The notes: generated by a model not told the origin, from the letters alone. Shown: positions 50,619-63,700, counted from the stretch's first letter. The stretch: DNA of 64,000 bases from Sphaerodactylus townsendi (GCF_021028975.2 NC_059429.1:53382001-53446000), one strand, 5' to 3'. Translations and numbers: made by a program.

Positions 50619-51802
50619 CAGAGGCATTCCTCCCATTGGGCAAAGTGGGAAGCTGCCCAGGACACCACCTTGTGGTGGGCGACAAAATTGCAGGTTCGTT
50701 TGTGGGAGATTTTGTATTTTCAGTGTTTTTTCTGTTTTTGGCCTGCAGGGGGTGCAGATTTTAGGCTAGCAGCACCAAAATTTCAGGGATTTTTTGGGAG
50801 ACTCTCCTGATGATATTTCCCGGGTTTGGTGAGGTTTGGTTTAGGGAGTCCAAAGTTACACCAAAGTTACAAAGTTACACCAAAGCTACACCTTTGAGGA
50901 TCCATAACTTTGGACCCCCTGAACCAAACTTCACCAAACCTTGGTGGTATCATCAGTAGGGTCTCAGAAAGATACTCTGAAATTTTGGTGCTGCTATCTT
51001 AATAATTGCACCCTTGACAACAGGCACCCCCTAAATTTCCCCAGATTCTCTTTTTAAATCCACCCCCTTCCTGCCAATGCTTGTTTTCTTTTCTTTTCTT
51101 TGGTTCTCTCAATCCCTAATAAAGGCCATGTATGGTTACAAGCAAGCAGCTGCTGTTGTTGTTATTATTAAATCTAATCTCTTTCCGGCATGGATTTGTA
51201 TGGAGAATCTGAGGTCCCCAGTTTTAAATATTGAAAGCGCTGCTGTTTCAGGGTGGGGGAGAATCCATCGCCAATTAGCATTTCTTTCAATGTTAGCTTA
51301 AACTTGGAGTCCCACCTCCCTTTAAGGCAGGATTTTAAAGGAGAATCTGGGCTCCTTAGTTTAAACACCATTGAAAATGATGCTGTTTGGGGTGTGGATT
51401 CCATTATCGCTTGTTTAATGAGGGAGTTTTAAGATTCTCCTTTTAAATCAAATCTTAGCGAAGAATCTGGGGTCCCCAGTTTAAATAACATTGAAAGTGA
51501 TGCTGTTTCCCCCATTTGGGGGGACTGGATACAACACCATAAAATGTTTTCATAGCAGTAATAAAACATTTTGAAAGCATTTTGAAAATGTTTCCCAAAA
51601 ATTATTTCTGCTGTGTGGCATGGCCCATTGCTGTGCTCAGATTTGTGAGTTGGGGGATGTTCTATAATGTGATGGTGACTTTGAAACGACCTGGTGGAAA
51701 AAATAATTGTTTGGTCACGGTGAGGGAGGGTGGCCGCCCATGGGGGGGCCCCATCAAACTCAGGTTTGGCCCAGGGCTCCAGTTTGACTAGGTATGCCTC
51801 TG
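50619..51802 (-). mobile_element. hAT non-autonomous element, inverted relative of 30979-32317
   Basis: Ends cagaggcat / atgcctctg; perfect 8-bp TSD catgccag (50611-50618, 51803-51810). Confidence 0.9.
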
Positions 51803-52898
51803 CATGCCAGTACTGCTGCCATTTCCATGGCTTGGGGTGGTGGTGGTGGTGGTAATGTTGGTAGTAATGGTGGCTCCTGCTCTTCCTTCCAACTGCCTGC
51901 AGAATTTCCCATTCCTATTCTGTGTAAGATTGTCCAGGCCACCTCTGTATTACACAGGTGAAGTGCTGGAGGTTTTCCTTTTAAGATTATTTTTATAGAA
52001 GATTATGCAGCTAAGCAGGTACAGACGAAAAGCAAATTAAAAGGCATTGCATAGGACATAAGTAGGACAATGCAATGCTTAGTCTCACCTTGAGAATAAC
52101 CTTTGTGCTGTCACATCATCTTATATCAGCACCAGAGCTCAGCTGAGTTGATTATAATAATTAGAAGTTAAATTAATACACTATGGTCCTTAATATCAGT
52201 GCCACCTTTGTTTCATAGACACAACTTTCTGCATGTTACTGAGCAGTGCAGTATAAGTTGAAGCAAGCTGCTAGCTACGAAGAAAACTCACAGCTCAAAC
52301 ACACAGTTTAAGCTCTTTTCGGACCAATACATTCTATTTCAGTTATCTCATTAAAAGCTAGCTTTGCAATTTTAATTTACCTTAACACTTGCCTGTGATG
52401 CATATGAAAAGGAGAAGGAACACCTAGCTAATAATCATGCAAAATACATATTCTGCAACTATGATGCATTTGTAGACTTGTCAATTTTTGGAGCAAGTCA
52501 AACCTTTTGATCTTCACATTTCCATAAACTAGGATGTTCGTAGGCAGGTATAACTGATGAGTAAGCCACATTACAGATTATGAATTTATGTAGGATAATT
52601 ATGCCTTGAATGTATGATGTGGCCAAAGCTGAATAGCTATATCTGCACAATTAGTTCACATACATGACATTACTGGACTTTCTGATTATGAAAGTTACAG
52701 CTGCTAAATGAAAAAGTGAATAGATTTTGTCATTGGGCCAGCAAGAGACTGAGTGAAATTTTCATCACGTACTAGAAGAAATATGCGATCTGTTACATAG
52801 AACTTCTGGAACTATATCTGCTATTAGGTCTACATAATGTAATCTCAAAATTTTAATCTTACATGTGTTTAAAGAATCCTTCATAATATGGTCTGGAG

Positions 52899-53176
52899 CA
52901 GGGGTAGGGAAGCTTTAACACTCAAAGAGCCATTTGGACCCGTTTTCCACGGGAAAAGAAAACACTTGGAGCCGCAAATAATTTTTGACATTTAAAAAAA
53001 GATAACACTATATATATTGGGTTTTTTTTTAACCTTTTACTCCGCTCATTCTGAGAAGCGCATGGATGCGTCCGCCCTGCTACCTGCAGGGTGGGCAAGG
53101 ATGGGGCCAGCTCATGGAGCCGCAGTGCAAGGGCAGAAGAGCCGCATGCGGCTCTCGAGCAGGTTCCCTACTCCTG
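52899..53176. mobile_element. hAT MITE (278 bp), same family as 26151-27073
   Basis: TIRs caggggtagggaa / ttccctactcctg; perfect TSD gtctggag; shared caaagagccatttggaccc..ggagccgcaaata. Confidence 0.9.
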
Positions 53177-53192
53177 GTCTGGAGAATACAGA

Positions 53193-53397
53193 TAGGGTTA
53201 CCAGTCTAGATTGGGAAATACCTGGAGATTTCAGGAGTGGCAGAGTTTGGGGAAGGGAGGCACTTCAGTGGAGTATAATTGCAGGGTCTGCCTTCCAATG
53301 TGGCCATTTTCTCCAGATGAGCTGATCTCTGTTGCCTGGAGATCACTTTTAATCCCAGAAGATCTCCATCCACCACCAGGAAGTTGACAAACCTACC
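53193..53397. mobile_element. TAGGGTTGCCA-ended MITE copy
   Basis: tagggttaccag...ttgacaaaccta; homologous to 25130-25290. Confidence 0.6.
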
Positions 53398-54046
53398 CAT
53401 AGATGACAAACCTACCCAAAGGTGACATGCTTGATTGTCGCCCCAGGTTTTTTTTTCATTTTCAGTTCAGACAAACCATAATTTGATGGTACATCAAAAT
53501 AGGCACATTATGGTTAATGTTTCCCTTTAAAGCTAAAATTGGAAACCATGGTTTGAAGTAGGTTTCCAGTTCTAGTTTACAAGTTTATTGTCTGCCAATG
53601 CTAATGTCACATCAAACTGTGGTTAGTGCTAAACAGCAAAGTGAAACTTGGCAGACTAAGGGGACAAAAAGATATGTTTGATTCTGATTCTGATTTGATT
53701 CTTGATTCTTGTTTGAAAGGTCAACTGCACAGAATTGTTAGTATCACTTTGCTGTTGTAATTGATCTTTTTGCTTAACCTCTGAATTTTCTTCATGACTG
53801 CTACCATCTTACCACTCTATTGGACAGACATTATCATACCACTAATCGAAATATATCTTTTTACTGCATATAAACTTAGCAGTGCCACACTGTTATGAGG
53901 AGGTATTGAGACCTCCTAACCAATTTCAAAGGAGCTGTCTTACTGAATCAGACCCTGACCTTTTGCAGTCAGTGCCGATGCTTCTAATAAGGAAAGCAGA
54001 ACAAGCAGAATTCAGCAAGTGTATAACAGTATAAGTTTTAAACAGC

Positions 54047-57000
54047 ACATGCATAACATGTTGTGCTGATTGATACATAGTTAGCAACAATAATGGATAA
54101 AGGACGTCAAGGAATTACAAACAGAAATGGAACTAAGGCAAGACTGACAGGTGCTTGCAAAGAAACCAGCAATCTGCATGCAGCAAAAGGTATCATTTCA
54201 TATCTTTGTTCCATTGCTTTGTAATACAGACAGAATGTTATCACTTAATGCACACTGAAAGTTTAAACAAGAACAATCAAAATGAAATGAAACAGAAATG
54301 CCATTCCTTGAGCTGAGAAAAACAGATAATGCTGCTGAAGCAAAAGGAAAGCCATAAAATAATAAAAAATAACCAGGACAGTAAACATCAGAAGCAGTGC
54401 TTATTTATTTCTGGTCATGAACCAGCAACTATATACAAAGTATAGCTAATAATTCCATCAAAGAATAGATCCAAAACAAGATTTAAAAACATCAAATATG
54501 TAATACATGATATAAAAACTGTCCAAAACATTTAAAATCAAACGTATATAATTAAGTTATAAATAATATTTATAATCTAAAATAACCTAAAAACTTAAAT
54601 TCAACCGACAACTAATTTTAATAACATAGGCACAGAATTCTGCCACCTGTCTGGAAACATTAGAATTTTCATCAATTACCAATTTTTCTAAACCAGCCTT
54701 ATCCAAAGTAGAGAAATTTTTGTGTCTCAGACCTACACCTTGCTTCAAGCTCCAGCTAGCCAAGGTCTTTGGTAGACTAACAATAAGATACCAAGAATTA
54801 ATTCCCCTGGAACAGATTGAACCTTAATGACTTTTAGTATTTATTTATTTATTTTTATTTATTTATTTATTATTAGTTTTATATACCGCCCTCCCCGTGA
54901 GGGCTCAGGGCGGTTCACAACAGGTTAAAACATACATTAAAACATAATTTAAATACCAAATAAAAACAGAACCCATTAAAAAATGCGGATGGCCCTCCCC
55001 CCCTTGTATTCATAAAATACTTGGTCCTGCTGTTTTTGGTCCTTTTTTGGAATGTGGTGAGGTTTAACTTTTATTTGCTTAAAAAAACTATTTGCACATG
55101 TAGGTATTCTGCAACCAGTAAACTCGTACTAATCAGCTGCAACTCCACAATATTCTCCTCTCCTTTCCTTCCTCTTCTGTTCTCCTCAATCCGCATTTCT
55201 AACTTGCTTGTTCTCCTGTCCTGTATCATTTCAAACTTTCCCAAACCCCTTTCCGTACTTTTTTTTCCTTTCAGTACTCATGATCAAGTGGTCCATTATT
55301 ATTATTGGGTTTTTTCTTTTTTTGGTTGGTTACGATGAAAATTTCTAAATTTACATTTTTATAGGGTATTGTAAATAAACAAATAAACAAACAGACAGAC
55401 AGACAGACAGACGCAGTGCTGGGGCTGATTCATGGCAAGGGTGTATGCATCCACCCATGTCTGACTGTTCAGAGAGGGCAATGTGATTATTTCCAGTACT
55501 AGTTAGCAGTAATATTGTTATAGGCAAAGCAGGCATTTAGAAACAGGCCTCAGGCTCAAGATAAAGCAATGTCATCATCACTTCACAGCAAACCTGATCA
55601 GGCACATGTTACAGTAGGCCTCCTGCCGGCACAGCTCATTGGAGGAATTTTTTTCCTANNNNNNNNNNNNNNNNNNNNNNNNNNNNNNNNNNNNNNNNNN
55701 NNNNNNNNNNNNNNNNNNNNNNNNNNNNNNNNNNNNNNNNNNNNNNNNNNNNNNNNNNNNNNNNNNNNNNNNNNNNNNNNNNNNNNNNNNNNNNNNNNNN
55801 NNNNNNNNNNNNNNNNNNNNNNNNNNNNNNNNNACATGCATAACATGTTGTGCTGATTGATACATAGTTAGCAACAATAATGGATAAAGGACGTCAAGGA
55901 ATTACAAACAGAAATGGAACTAAGGCAAGACTGACAGGTGCTTGCAAAGAAACCAGCAATCTGCATGCAGCAAAAGGTATCATTTCATATCTTTGTTCCA
56001 TTGCTTTGTAATACAGACAGAATGTTATCACTTAATGCACACTGAAAGTTTAAACAAGAACAATCAAAATGAAATGAAACAGAAATGCCATTCCTTGAGC
56101 TGAGAAAAACAGATAATGCTGCTGAAGCAAAAGGAAAGCCATAAAATAATAAAAAATAACCAAATTGGTGACAGTAAAGCACACTGTAGCTAGAAAAGCT
56201 ACTTATTTCATGGTCATGAACTGAAAACTATATACTAAAAGTATAGGCTTAATAATTCCATCGTTAATAGATCCAAAACAAGATTTAAAAACATCAAATA
56301 TGTAATACATGATATAAAAACTGTCCAAAACATTTAAAATCAAACGTATATAATTAAGTTATCAATAATATTTATAATCTAAAATAACCTAAAAACTTAT
56401 ATTCAACTGACAATGAATTTTAATAACATCGGCACAGAATTTTGCCATCTGACTGGAAACATTTGAATTTTCATCAATTAACAATTTTTCTAAACCAGCC
56501 TTATCCAAATAGAGAAATATTTTTGTAGTCTCAGACTCTACACCCTGCCTCAGTTTCTTCCAGCTGGCCATGGTCTTTTGGTAGACTAAACACAAGATTA
56601 CCAAGAATTAGTCTCTTGGAACAGATTGAACCTTTAATGACTTTAGTATTTATTTATTTATTTCTTTATTTATTTATTTATTATTAGTTTTATATACCGG
56701 CCTCCCCGTCAGAGGGTCAGCTCAGGGCTGTTCACAACAGAAAGGTTCAAAACATTACATTAAAACATGTAATTTAAATACCAAATAAAACAGAACCCAT
56801 TAAAATGCTGATGGCCCTCCCTTGTATCGTATAAAATACTTAATATCCTGTTGTTTTGGTCCTTTTGGAATGTGGTGAGGTTTTAACTTTTATTTGCTTA
56901 AAAAAAACTATTTGCACATGTAGGTGGATTCTGCAAAGTCCAGGCAAACCCCTGTATTTCAATCAGCTGCACCTCCACCACATTCCTCCTTTCCTTCCTC

Positions 57001-57487
57001 TCTTCTGTTCTCCCCTCAATCCACATTTCTAACTTGTTTGTTCTCCTGTCCTGTATCATTTTCAAACTTTCCCAAACCCCTTTCCTCGCATTCTTTTTTT
57101 TCCGCTCTTCACTCATGATCCAGTGGTCTATTATTATTATTGGGTTTTTTCTTTTTTTGGTTGGTTACGATGAAAATTTCTAAATTTACATTTTTATAGG
57201 GTATTGTAAATAAACAAATAAACAAACAGACAGACAGACAGACAGACAGACGCAGTGCTGGGGCTGATTCATGGCAAGGGTGTATGCATCCACCCATGTC
57301 TGACTGTTCAGAGAGGGCATGACACTTTGCAATTAGTTAGCAGCACATTGCTTATAGGCAAAGCATGCATTTTGTGAAACAGGCTCTCAGGCTCAAGATA
57401 AAGCAATGTCATCATCACTTCACAGCAAACCTGACCAGGCATACAGAGTAGGCCTCCTGCACAGCTCATTGGAGGAATTTTTTCCTA
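54047..57487 (+). repeat. Tandem ~1.6-kb duplication (54047-55658 and 55834-57487), each copy ending at an N gap
   Basis: Both copies start acatgcataacatgttgtgctg and end ggaggaatttttt(t)ccta. Each includes an RTE-X-like 3' scrap, an L2-type (TTTA)n tail and (CAGA)n. Confidence 0.92.
55659..55833. other. Assembly gap (175 N)
   Basis: Run of N. Confidence 0.99.
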
Positions 57488-57676
57488 NNNNNNNNNNNNN
57501 NNNNNNNNNNNNNNNNNNNNNNNNNNNNNNNNNNNNNNNNNNNNNNNNNNNNNNNNNNNNNNNNNNNNNNNNNNNNNNNNNNNNNNNNNNNNNNNNNNNN
57601 NNNNNNNNNNNNNNNNNNNNNNNNNNNNNNNNNNNNNNNNNNNNNNNNNNNNNNNNNNNNNNNNNNNNNNNNNNNN
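57488..57676. other. Assembly gap (189 N)
   Basis: Run of N. Confidence 0.99.
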
Positions 57677-57947
57677 CCCTTTCTCTCCTGCAGGAGACTC
57701 AAAGGGGCTTACAATCTCCTTGCCCTTCCCCCCTCACAACAAACACCCTGTGAGGTAGGTGGGACTGAGAGAGCTCCGAAAAGCTGTGACTAGCCCAAGG
57801 TCACCCAGCTGGCATGTGTGGGAGTGCACAGGTTAATCTGAATTCCCCAGATAAGCCTCCACAACTCAAGCAGCAGAGCTGGGAATCAAACCCGGTTCCT
57901 CCAGATCAGAGTGCACCTGCTCTTAACCTCCTACGCCACTGCTGCTC
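57677..57947 (-). mobile_element. tRNA-derived SINE (Squam3-like), 3' tail lost in the gap
   Basis: Near-identical to 38998-39270. Confidence 0.88.
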
Positions 57948-58434
57948 CATAGAGTTTCCAGTGACTCATAGAGCTACCCTACACTACTTGGAGGTTTTCC
58001 CCAGAAGTGATGAAGCTGTGCATACGATGCTCTGCCCTCCCAATGTCCCCGCTCACATGATCCCACTGGCTGCCAAGCCAGACAACCTTAGTCCATGTAC
58101 ATGCAACCCTATCCCAGGTCGCATGACTAAATCTTACTTAGAACTCCAAACAATCCCTACAAATTGTTTCAGTCATAATGGTTTTATTCTAAGTCTTGCT
58201 GAATTTAAATATAATGTGTACAATTTTGATTTATTCTTCACGTTTGAAGAAATAATGTTAATACAGACATTTTGAAGAAATAATTTTAATTTTTAATACA
58301 GACTGAATTTATTGACAATGTAATTAAATTACTAATTAATCACACATTTGAAAATATAAAGTCTTAATAAGATTTTTTTAATTGCCACTGCCCTTTATGT
58401 AAATATGCCACTGTCCTTTATGTAAACCTTTAGA

Positions 58435-58693
58435 GCAAGTGCTTGTGACCGCCACCGCCATGGTCATATGTTCGATTCTGTGGGGTCAACACCTTGGCAG
58501 CTGGCTCATGGTCAACTCAGCCATCCATCCATTCCTTGGTCGGTAATGAGCAATTAGCACATAGCGAAAGAATAAAGGAGCAAATGGCAAGCTACCCCAA
58601 TAAAACGTTTCTACCGCGAACAAATCACTGCTAGGAAAATTTGGGTACCCCAGGGTCGAATACGACTGAAGGGGAAACTTCACTTTACTTTTT
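58435..58693 (+). mobile_element. Sauria-type SINE
   Basis: B-box-like gttcgattc, body gtcaactcagcc.tccatcc..ggtcggtaa.tgag, RTE/BovB-like tail cgactgaagg..cactttactttt. Confidence 0.65.
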
Positions 58694-59074
58694 ATGTAAA
58701 CCATTCTGTATTAGTGCCAGATAGATTGATCCAGGGACACCTAGGACAATATTGTTCTATTAGAATTATATGTTATAATTTTACAGAGATATGACTTCAC
58801 ATCAGCAATCAGGGATATCAAAAAGTTCTGCCGCTAGCAACACAGAATTTTAATGATGCCAATATACACCAGCAGTGTGCACTGGTTTTGTGCATACTGA
58901 CAGCAATGTTAATTGAACAGAAGAATCCAGTATTTGTGTGTGTGTGTGCATATATATTATTTGTGTGTGTATGTGTTTGTGTATATATACACACACAAAT
59001 TATTCTACTACAGTGGTATTCACTCCCAATCAAAACGGCCACATGACTATTGTATGCTTTCTCATTTTTCCAGA

Positions 59075-59625
59075 GGCCCTTTCCGCACTGCAACGGTGCA
59101 GGGGTGCATCAGCATAAACAATGCCGATGCCCCCCCCCCCCCCCCGGGACCATTCGCATGGACAATCCCAGCAGGGTGGCAGGTGGCGACGCAGCCTTCA
59201 CACATTAATAGTTGCTTCGTTACACGTTTATACCTATCTTGTCTCCTGAAAGCTTCCGGTTAGTCACAGAGGTTGGGACATGCCCCCTCAGCCTGGAGCG
59301 ACGGTTCTGGAGTCACAGGCCAAGGAGGCGTGTCCCCTGGCCTCTGCGACGAGCCGGAAGCCAGGAGACAAGGTAGGCGTTCGGGGACTGTGCGGGGCAA
59401 ATGGCGCCTTCCAGCTGTTGCCATTCGCACGGCAGTGGTTGGAAGACGCTGCTTCTGAAAAACCTTGCTCAGGAGGTGAGGTTCAGAAGCAGCGTCTTCA
59501 CGCTGCTCAGGGGTTGCGAGGCCGGTGCTGCTGCAATGCGGCGGTGGCGGCCGTGCGAACCCCTCCCCAGGGACGCTGTTTCTAGCATACCTGGGGCATT
59601 CTTTCCCACCCGTGCGGAAAGGGCC
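59075..59625. mobile_element. PIF/Harbinger-type MITE
   Basis: Perfect 14-bp TIRs ggccctttccgcac / gtgcggaaagggcc; 3-bp TSD aga; CpG-rich interior. Confidence 0.85.
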
Positions 59626-60462
59626 AGACACAAACAATAGTATGTAACTATAATATAACCTTTTTTAATCAGCAGAGTACCACTGAAAATAGTGGATTGT
59701 CTCTCTCTACTAATGTTGAAATCTGGTTCAACTGTCCTGTGTTCTGTAATCATCCAAAGATTCTACACCCACAACAATTGTTTTCTGGAATAAGGACTTC
59801 CCCAGTAGATCCGTTATAAAGCAGAGGTTCTATAAATTTCCTCAATAATCAAATCTCTTAGACGCGGAACTCTTTTGAGAGCAAACATTGGAAAACTCAC
59901 TTTCTTCAAGGGCTCACATGAAGTTTGCAGCTTTTTCCTAGTATACAACATCACCATTTACTGGGTAGCACTTTTATCACATATCAGAATGCAACTCTCA
60001 GTGGTTCTCCAACCATACTTAATCTGTCTGTAAAGAACTGAATGCGTGGAATTTTTTTCCCCTTATAACACGAGTAGCATTCTCTCTCAATGCACCATTT
60101 ACACAAGGTAATTATGTTCCAGAATATATTCATCTATACTGGAGATTAGAGAGATATAAAACTATTTGCAAAATGAATCTTAATCAAACACTTAATTAAC
60201 TCTACTGCTCTCCAATCCATTTCTTTATATAAACATAGGCATCATTGGGATCCATTTAAATGTTGTATGCTGAGCACTGTTATTGGAAAGTACTTAAAAT
60301 ACATCTTTTTTTGCAAATCTTATTTCTATTATTTTGTTTTCAACATACAAACTCTTTGATTCTTCACAGTTTTTATTCATTTTATGTAGGACTCATTTTT
60401 ATTGCAGTAACCAAAGGCAGAACATGCATTTGGGAACAACCAGATTTCTTTATTATGTCTCA

Positions 60463-61192
60463 TGTGAAAAAGGTAAACTCTTTGCTGGGGATAATTAGGA
60501 AAGGAATTGATAATAAAACTGCAAGGATTGTCATGCCCTTATATAAAGCAGTGGTGCGACCGCACTTGGAGTACTGTGTTCAGTTCTGGTCGCCACATCT
60601 CAAAAAGGATATCGAAGAGAGAGAAAAAGTGCAGAGAAGGGCAATGAGGATGATTGAGGGACCTTCCTTATGAGGAGAGGCTGCAGCGTTTGGGACTCTT
60701 TAGTTTGGAGAGGAGACGTCTGAGGGGGGATATGACTGAAGTCTACAAAATTATGCATGGGGTAGAAAATGTTGACAGAGAGAAATTTTTCTCTCTTTAT
60801 CACAATACTAGAACCAGGGGGCATACTTTGAAAATGCTGGCGGGAAGAATTAGGACTAATAAAAGGAAACACTTCTTCACGCAACGTGTGATTGGTGTTT
60901 GGAATATACTGCCGCAGGAGGTGGTGATGGCCACTAACCTGGATAGCTTTAAAAGGGGCTTGGACAGATTTATGGAGAAGTCGATCTCTGGCTACCAATC
61001 TTGATCCTTCTTGACCTGAGGTTGCAAATGCCTTAGCAGACCAGGTGCTCAGGAACAGCAGCCACAGAAGGCCATTGCTTTCACCTCCTGCATGTGAGCT
61101 CCCAAAGGCACCTGGTGGGCCACTGCAAGTAGCAGAGTGCTGCACTAGATGGACTCTGATCTGATCCAGCAGGCTCTTTCTTATGTTCTTAT
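60463..61192 (+). mobile_element. 5'-truncated CR1 LINE
   Basis: KKVNSLLGIIRKGIDNK..VRPHLEYCVQFWSPH, one frameshift near 60660, then LPYEERLQRLGLFSLE..; (TTCTTATG) tail. Confidence 0.95.
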
Positions 61193-61324
61193 ATGTTAAG
61201 TATAGCATCATCTTCTTTGTTATATCAATTCTGAACAATATATTAACTTACAAATAATTAATATTGTCATTTGTGGCCAGCAATGTCAGCTGAAACTTCC
61301 TGAAAAAAATATATTGTTGAAGGA

Positions 61325-61452
61325 TTTCATGGTTGGAATCAACTGGCTGGTGTGGGTTTTCAGAGCTATGTAGCCATAGATGCAGGGAAACCTCAGGAGC
61401 AAAAACTACCAGACCACAGCCACACAGCCTGGAAAACCCACAACAGTCAGTT
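61325..61452. mobile_element. Penelope-like terminal fragment with inverted ends
   Basis: aactggctggtgtgggttttc ... gaaaacccacaacagtcagtt are inverted; core gatgcagg.gaaac.tcagga..aaaactaccagaccac.gccacacagcc. Confidence 0.55.
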
Positions 61453-63059
61453 CCTGAAAAAAACCTGCTTCTGTCTTTGGACATACAGTCAAGATCCATA
61501 TATATAATGTAGGATTATATTTTCACAGGGAGACGGTTGATCATGAAATAATGAACAAGTGAAAATTCATAGTTTCCACTTGGGCTGATTCTCTAATGAG
61601 TTCAAGTGAGGTGATGAGCTCAGGTGGCACATCTAAGGTGGCAGCAACTCTCACTACGTCATTCTTCCCTCTGTTACCACCACTTGCTCCCACTCCTGAG
61701 TAGCTAATTCCCATTCCCTAAGTATTCTGAAACACAGCATTGCAAGCCACACACTCTCTACAAGGTTTCCTGAACTTTCAAGGGGCAAAATGTGATGGGA
61801 AAAGCCTCAGGAGGCCCAACTGATTATCCCACACTGTTCATCCATCAGTCATAGCTTTCAGCACCTTAGTCTTCAATACTGACTGACAGGAATTTACTTT
61901 CAGATAATTAAGCAAGGTACACTTTTATAGCAGAGTTCTGCTAAATTAAATCCATATCATAGCTCCCATAGCCCTAAACAGACATTTCAATAACTCATGA
62001 TGTAAACATGAGTTCAAAAATTTTTTAAGAAGAGACCACCTCATAGATGGCTAAACAACCCAGTACTTGTTGTCAGTGTTACAGCTATTTTCCTTGGATA
62101 TGTACCTTTCAGAATAAATTGACACTTACAGAAAAGGCACATGTGCTATTCCTTCCTTGATGGAACTATAGACTAAAATTCAAGATTACATTTCTGAATA
62201 TTCCTAAATACTATCACTCAGTAAAAGAGCTCCCTGATGGATGGAAGCTAACACAGAGAGAGATCACACAGAGCTTTGCCATTTGCTTCTGTACATAAAT
62301 TTTACCTTTATCTTGAATAGAAGATAGACTCACATAACATGATATTACATCAATCTAAAAACTTCTTGCATTAGTATATGCCACATTTAAATGTTCTCAA
62401 AAACGTAACCATTATATTTTGTAAGTAGTATCTTGATATAAAACCATGCAGTTTTGAATTCATCTGAACAAGCAAACTCTCTTCAGTGGTTATACAAGGA
62501 TTCTAGATTTTCATTTCTCAATACCTCTTCAGTAGTATTCACACTAAAACACTATGGAAAACTGTTTGCAGCATGAACCAGAAAATTGAAAGACAAGAAT
62601 GATGACAGCACCCACACAGATCTTCCCTTCTGCCACACAAATATTGTCCTGGGTCAATAGAATCTCAGAAACCAGTTACAGACTCTGTCCTACTAGGTGG
62701 CAGAAACTGCCAGTCACAGACAGGCCTATAGTTGGAAGGCACCTGCTTTAAAATTAGGATTCCTGATAAACATCCAAACATTCAAAATAAACTAGTAATG
62801 GAAGAACTGCAGTGTTCTCTGAAATTCCATTGTGGAGAGTGATTTACAAACAAGGATACGCAGTGTCCATTATCTGGGTATCTTTTAAAGGAGTCCATGA
62901 CTAGGGGGCATTCTGTTTTCAGTCCTTTGAGGAAAAGACAGCAGAGACACACCCCCTTTCCTGAGTCCAAAACATCTGCCACGGGATTTACAGTCTATTT
63001 CCAGCCCAGCCACCTGGTGGACTGGAAAACATCCCGCCTGTCAGCCCCAGGGCAGGTTC

Positions 63060-63700
63060 CCTGTCAGTCACTGTTATGTGCCAAGCCAGTCACCCTGCCC
63101 AGCCGCCTCCAAGGCGGCTTGACTCACCTTGTGATCCAGGACGCTGATGTAGCCTTCCAAGGGGCGAGCGGGGAATCCCGGCAGGCGCCGCTGGCCAGAG
63201 CCGCCAGGCGGACGAGGGCTCGGGGGTTTCACGCTGGCTGTCGCCGCTGCTGCCGCCACCTGCTGCTGGCTTTGCTCTTTCTGGCCTCCGCCGCTGCCTC
63301 CTCCACCCCCACCGATGCTGCCATACATGAGCAACAAGCTAGTGCACATGGTGGTGAGTGCTAAAGACACAGCCAGCCCATGGCGCTGCAAGGGGGACAA
63401 GGAGACACACTGAGAGCGGGCGGAGGGGCTGGGCCACACGCGCTTTCGACCCCGGAGCACGGCGCGGGTGTGGGGAGAGATGACCCGCTGCCCCAGCCGC
63501 GTCGGAGCGCGTCCGAGCAAAGCCGTCGCCTTCCTCCCCCGCGTACAGTCGCCTGGCAATCGGCCGGCCGAGCGCCAACACCTCCGGAGGGTGGCGGCGG
63601 CCACTCGCACTGCATTAGCAGGAGCGCGCGGTTTCAGCGCCCGCCGCCCTCCCTCCCTCCCTCCCTCCCTTGACTCCTGCCAGTGCGCGCTGCTCGAAGG
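63060..63700. promoter_or_regulatory. CpG island over ST6GALNAC5 exon 2 / intron 1 (promoter-proximal)
   Basis: Abrupt GC- and CpG-rich stretch against a CpG-depleted background, at the 5' end of the gene. Confidence 0.75.
63128..63385 (-). CDS. ST6GALNAC5: Coding exon 2 of alpha-N-acetylgalactosaminide alpha-2,6-sialyltransferase 5 (signal anchor + stem)
   Basis: 86 codons, RHGLAVSLALTTMCTSLLLMYGS...PARPLEGYISVLDHK, match recalled vertebrate ST6GALNAC5 (MKTLM|RHGLAVCLALTTMCTSLLLVYSS...PRPLDGYLGVADHK|PLKMHC). Minus-strand acceptor ttgcag at 63386-63391 has a pyrimidine tract; donor is AAG|gtgagt at 63127. Phase 0/0. Exon 1 (MKTLM) is not in the window. Confidence 0.93.

Larger units (their letters stand above)
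1..63127 (-). other. ST6GALNAC5: Part of the long intron 2 of ST6GALNAC5
   Basis: Starts at the GT donor at 63127. No ORF resembling the next exon (PLKMHC..CALVTSSG, sialylmotif L) occurs in the window; the content is repeats and AT-rich non-coding DNA. Confidence 0.8.

Noticed and set aside
63074-63610. 178-aa ORF as a single-exon gene or N-terminally extended ST6GALNAC5
   Set aside because: It starts at a non-ATG codon, and homology is confined to 63128-63385 between canonical splice sites. The extensions are stop-poor CpG-island sequence.
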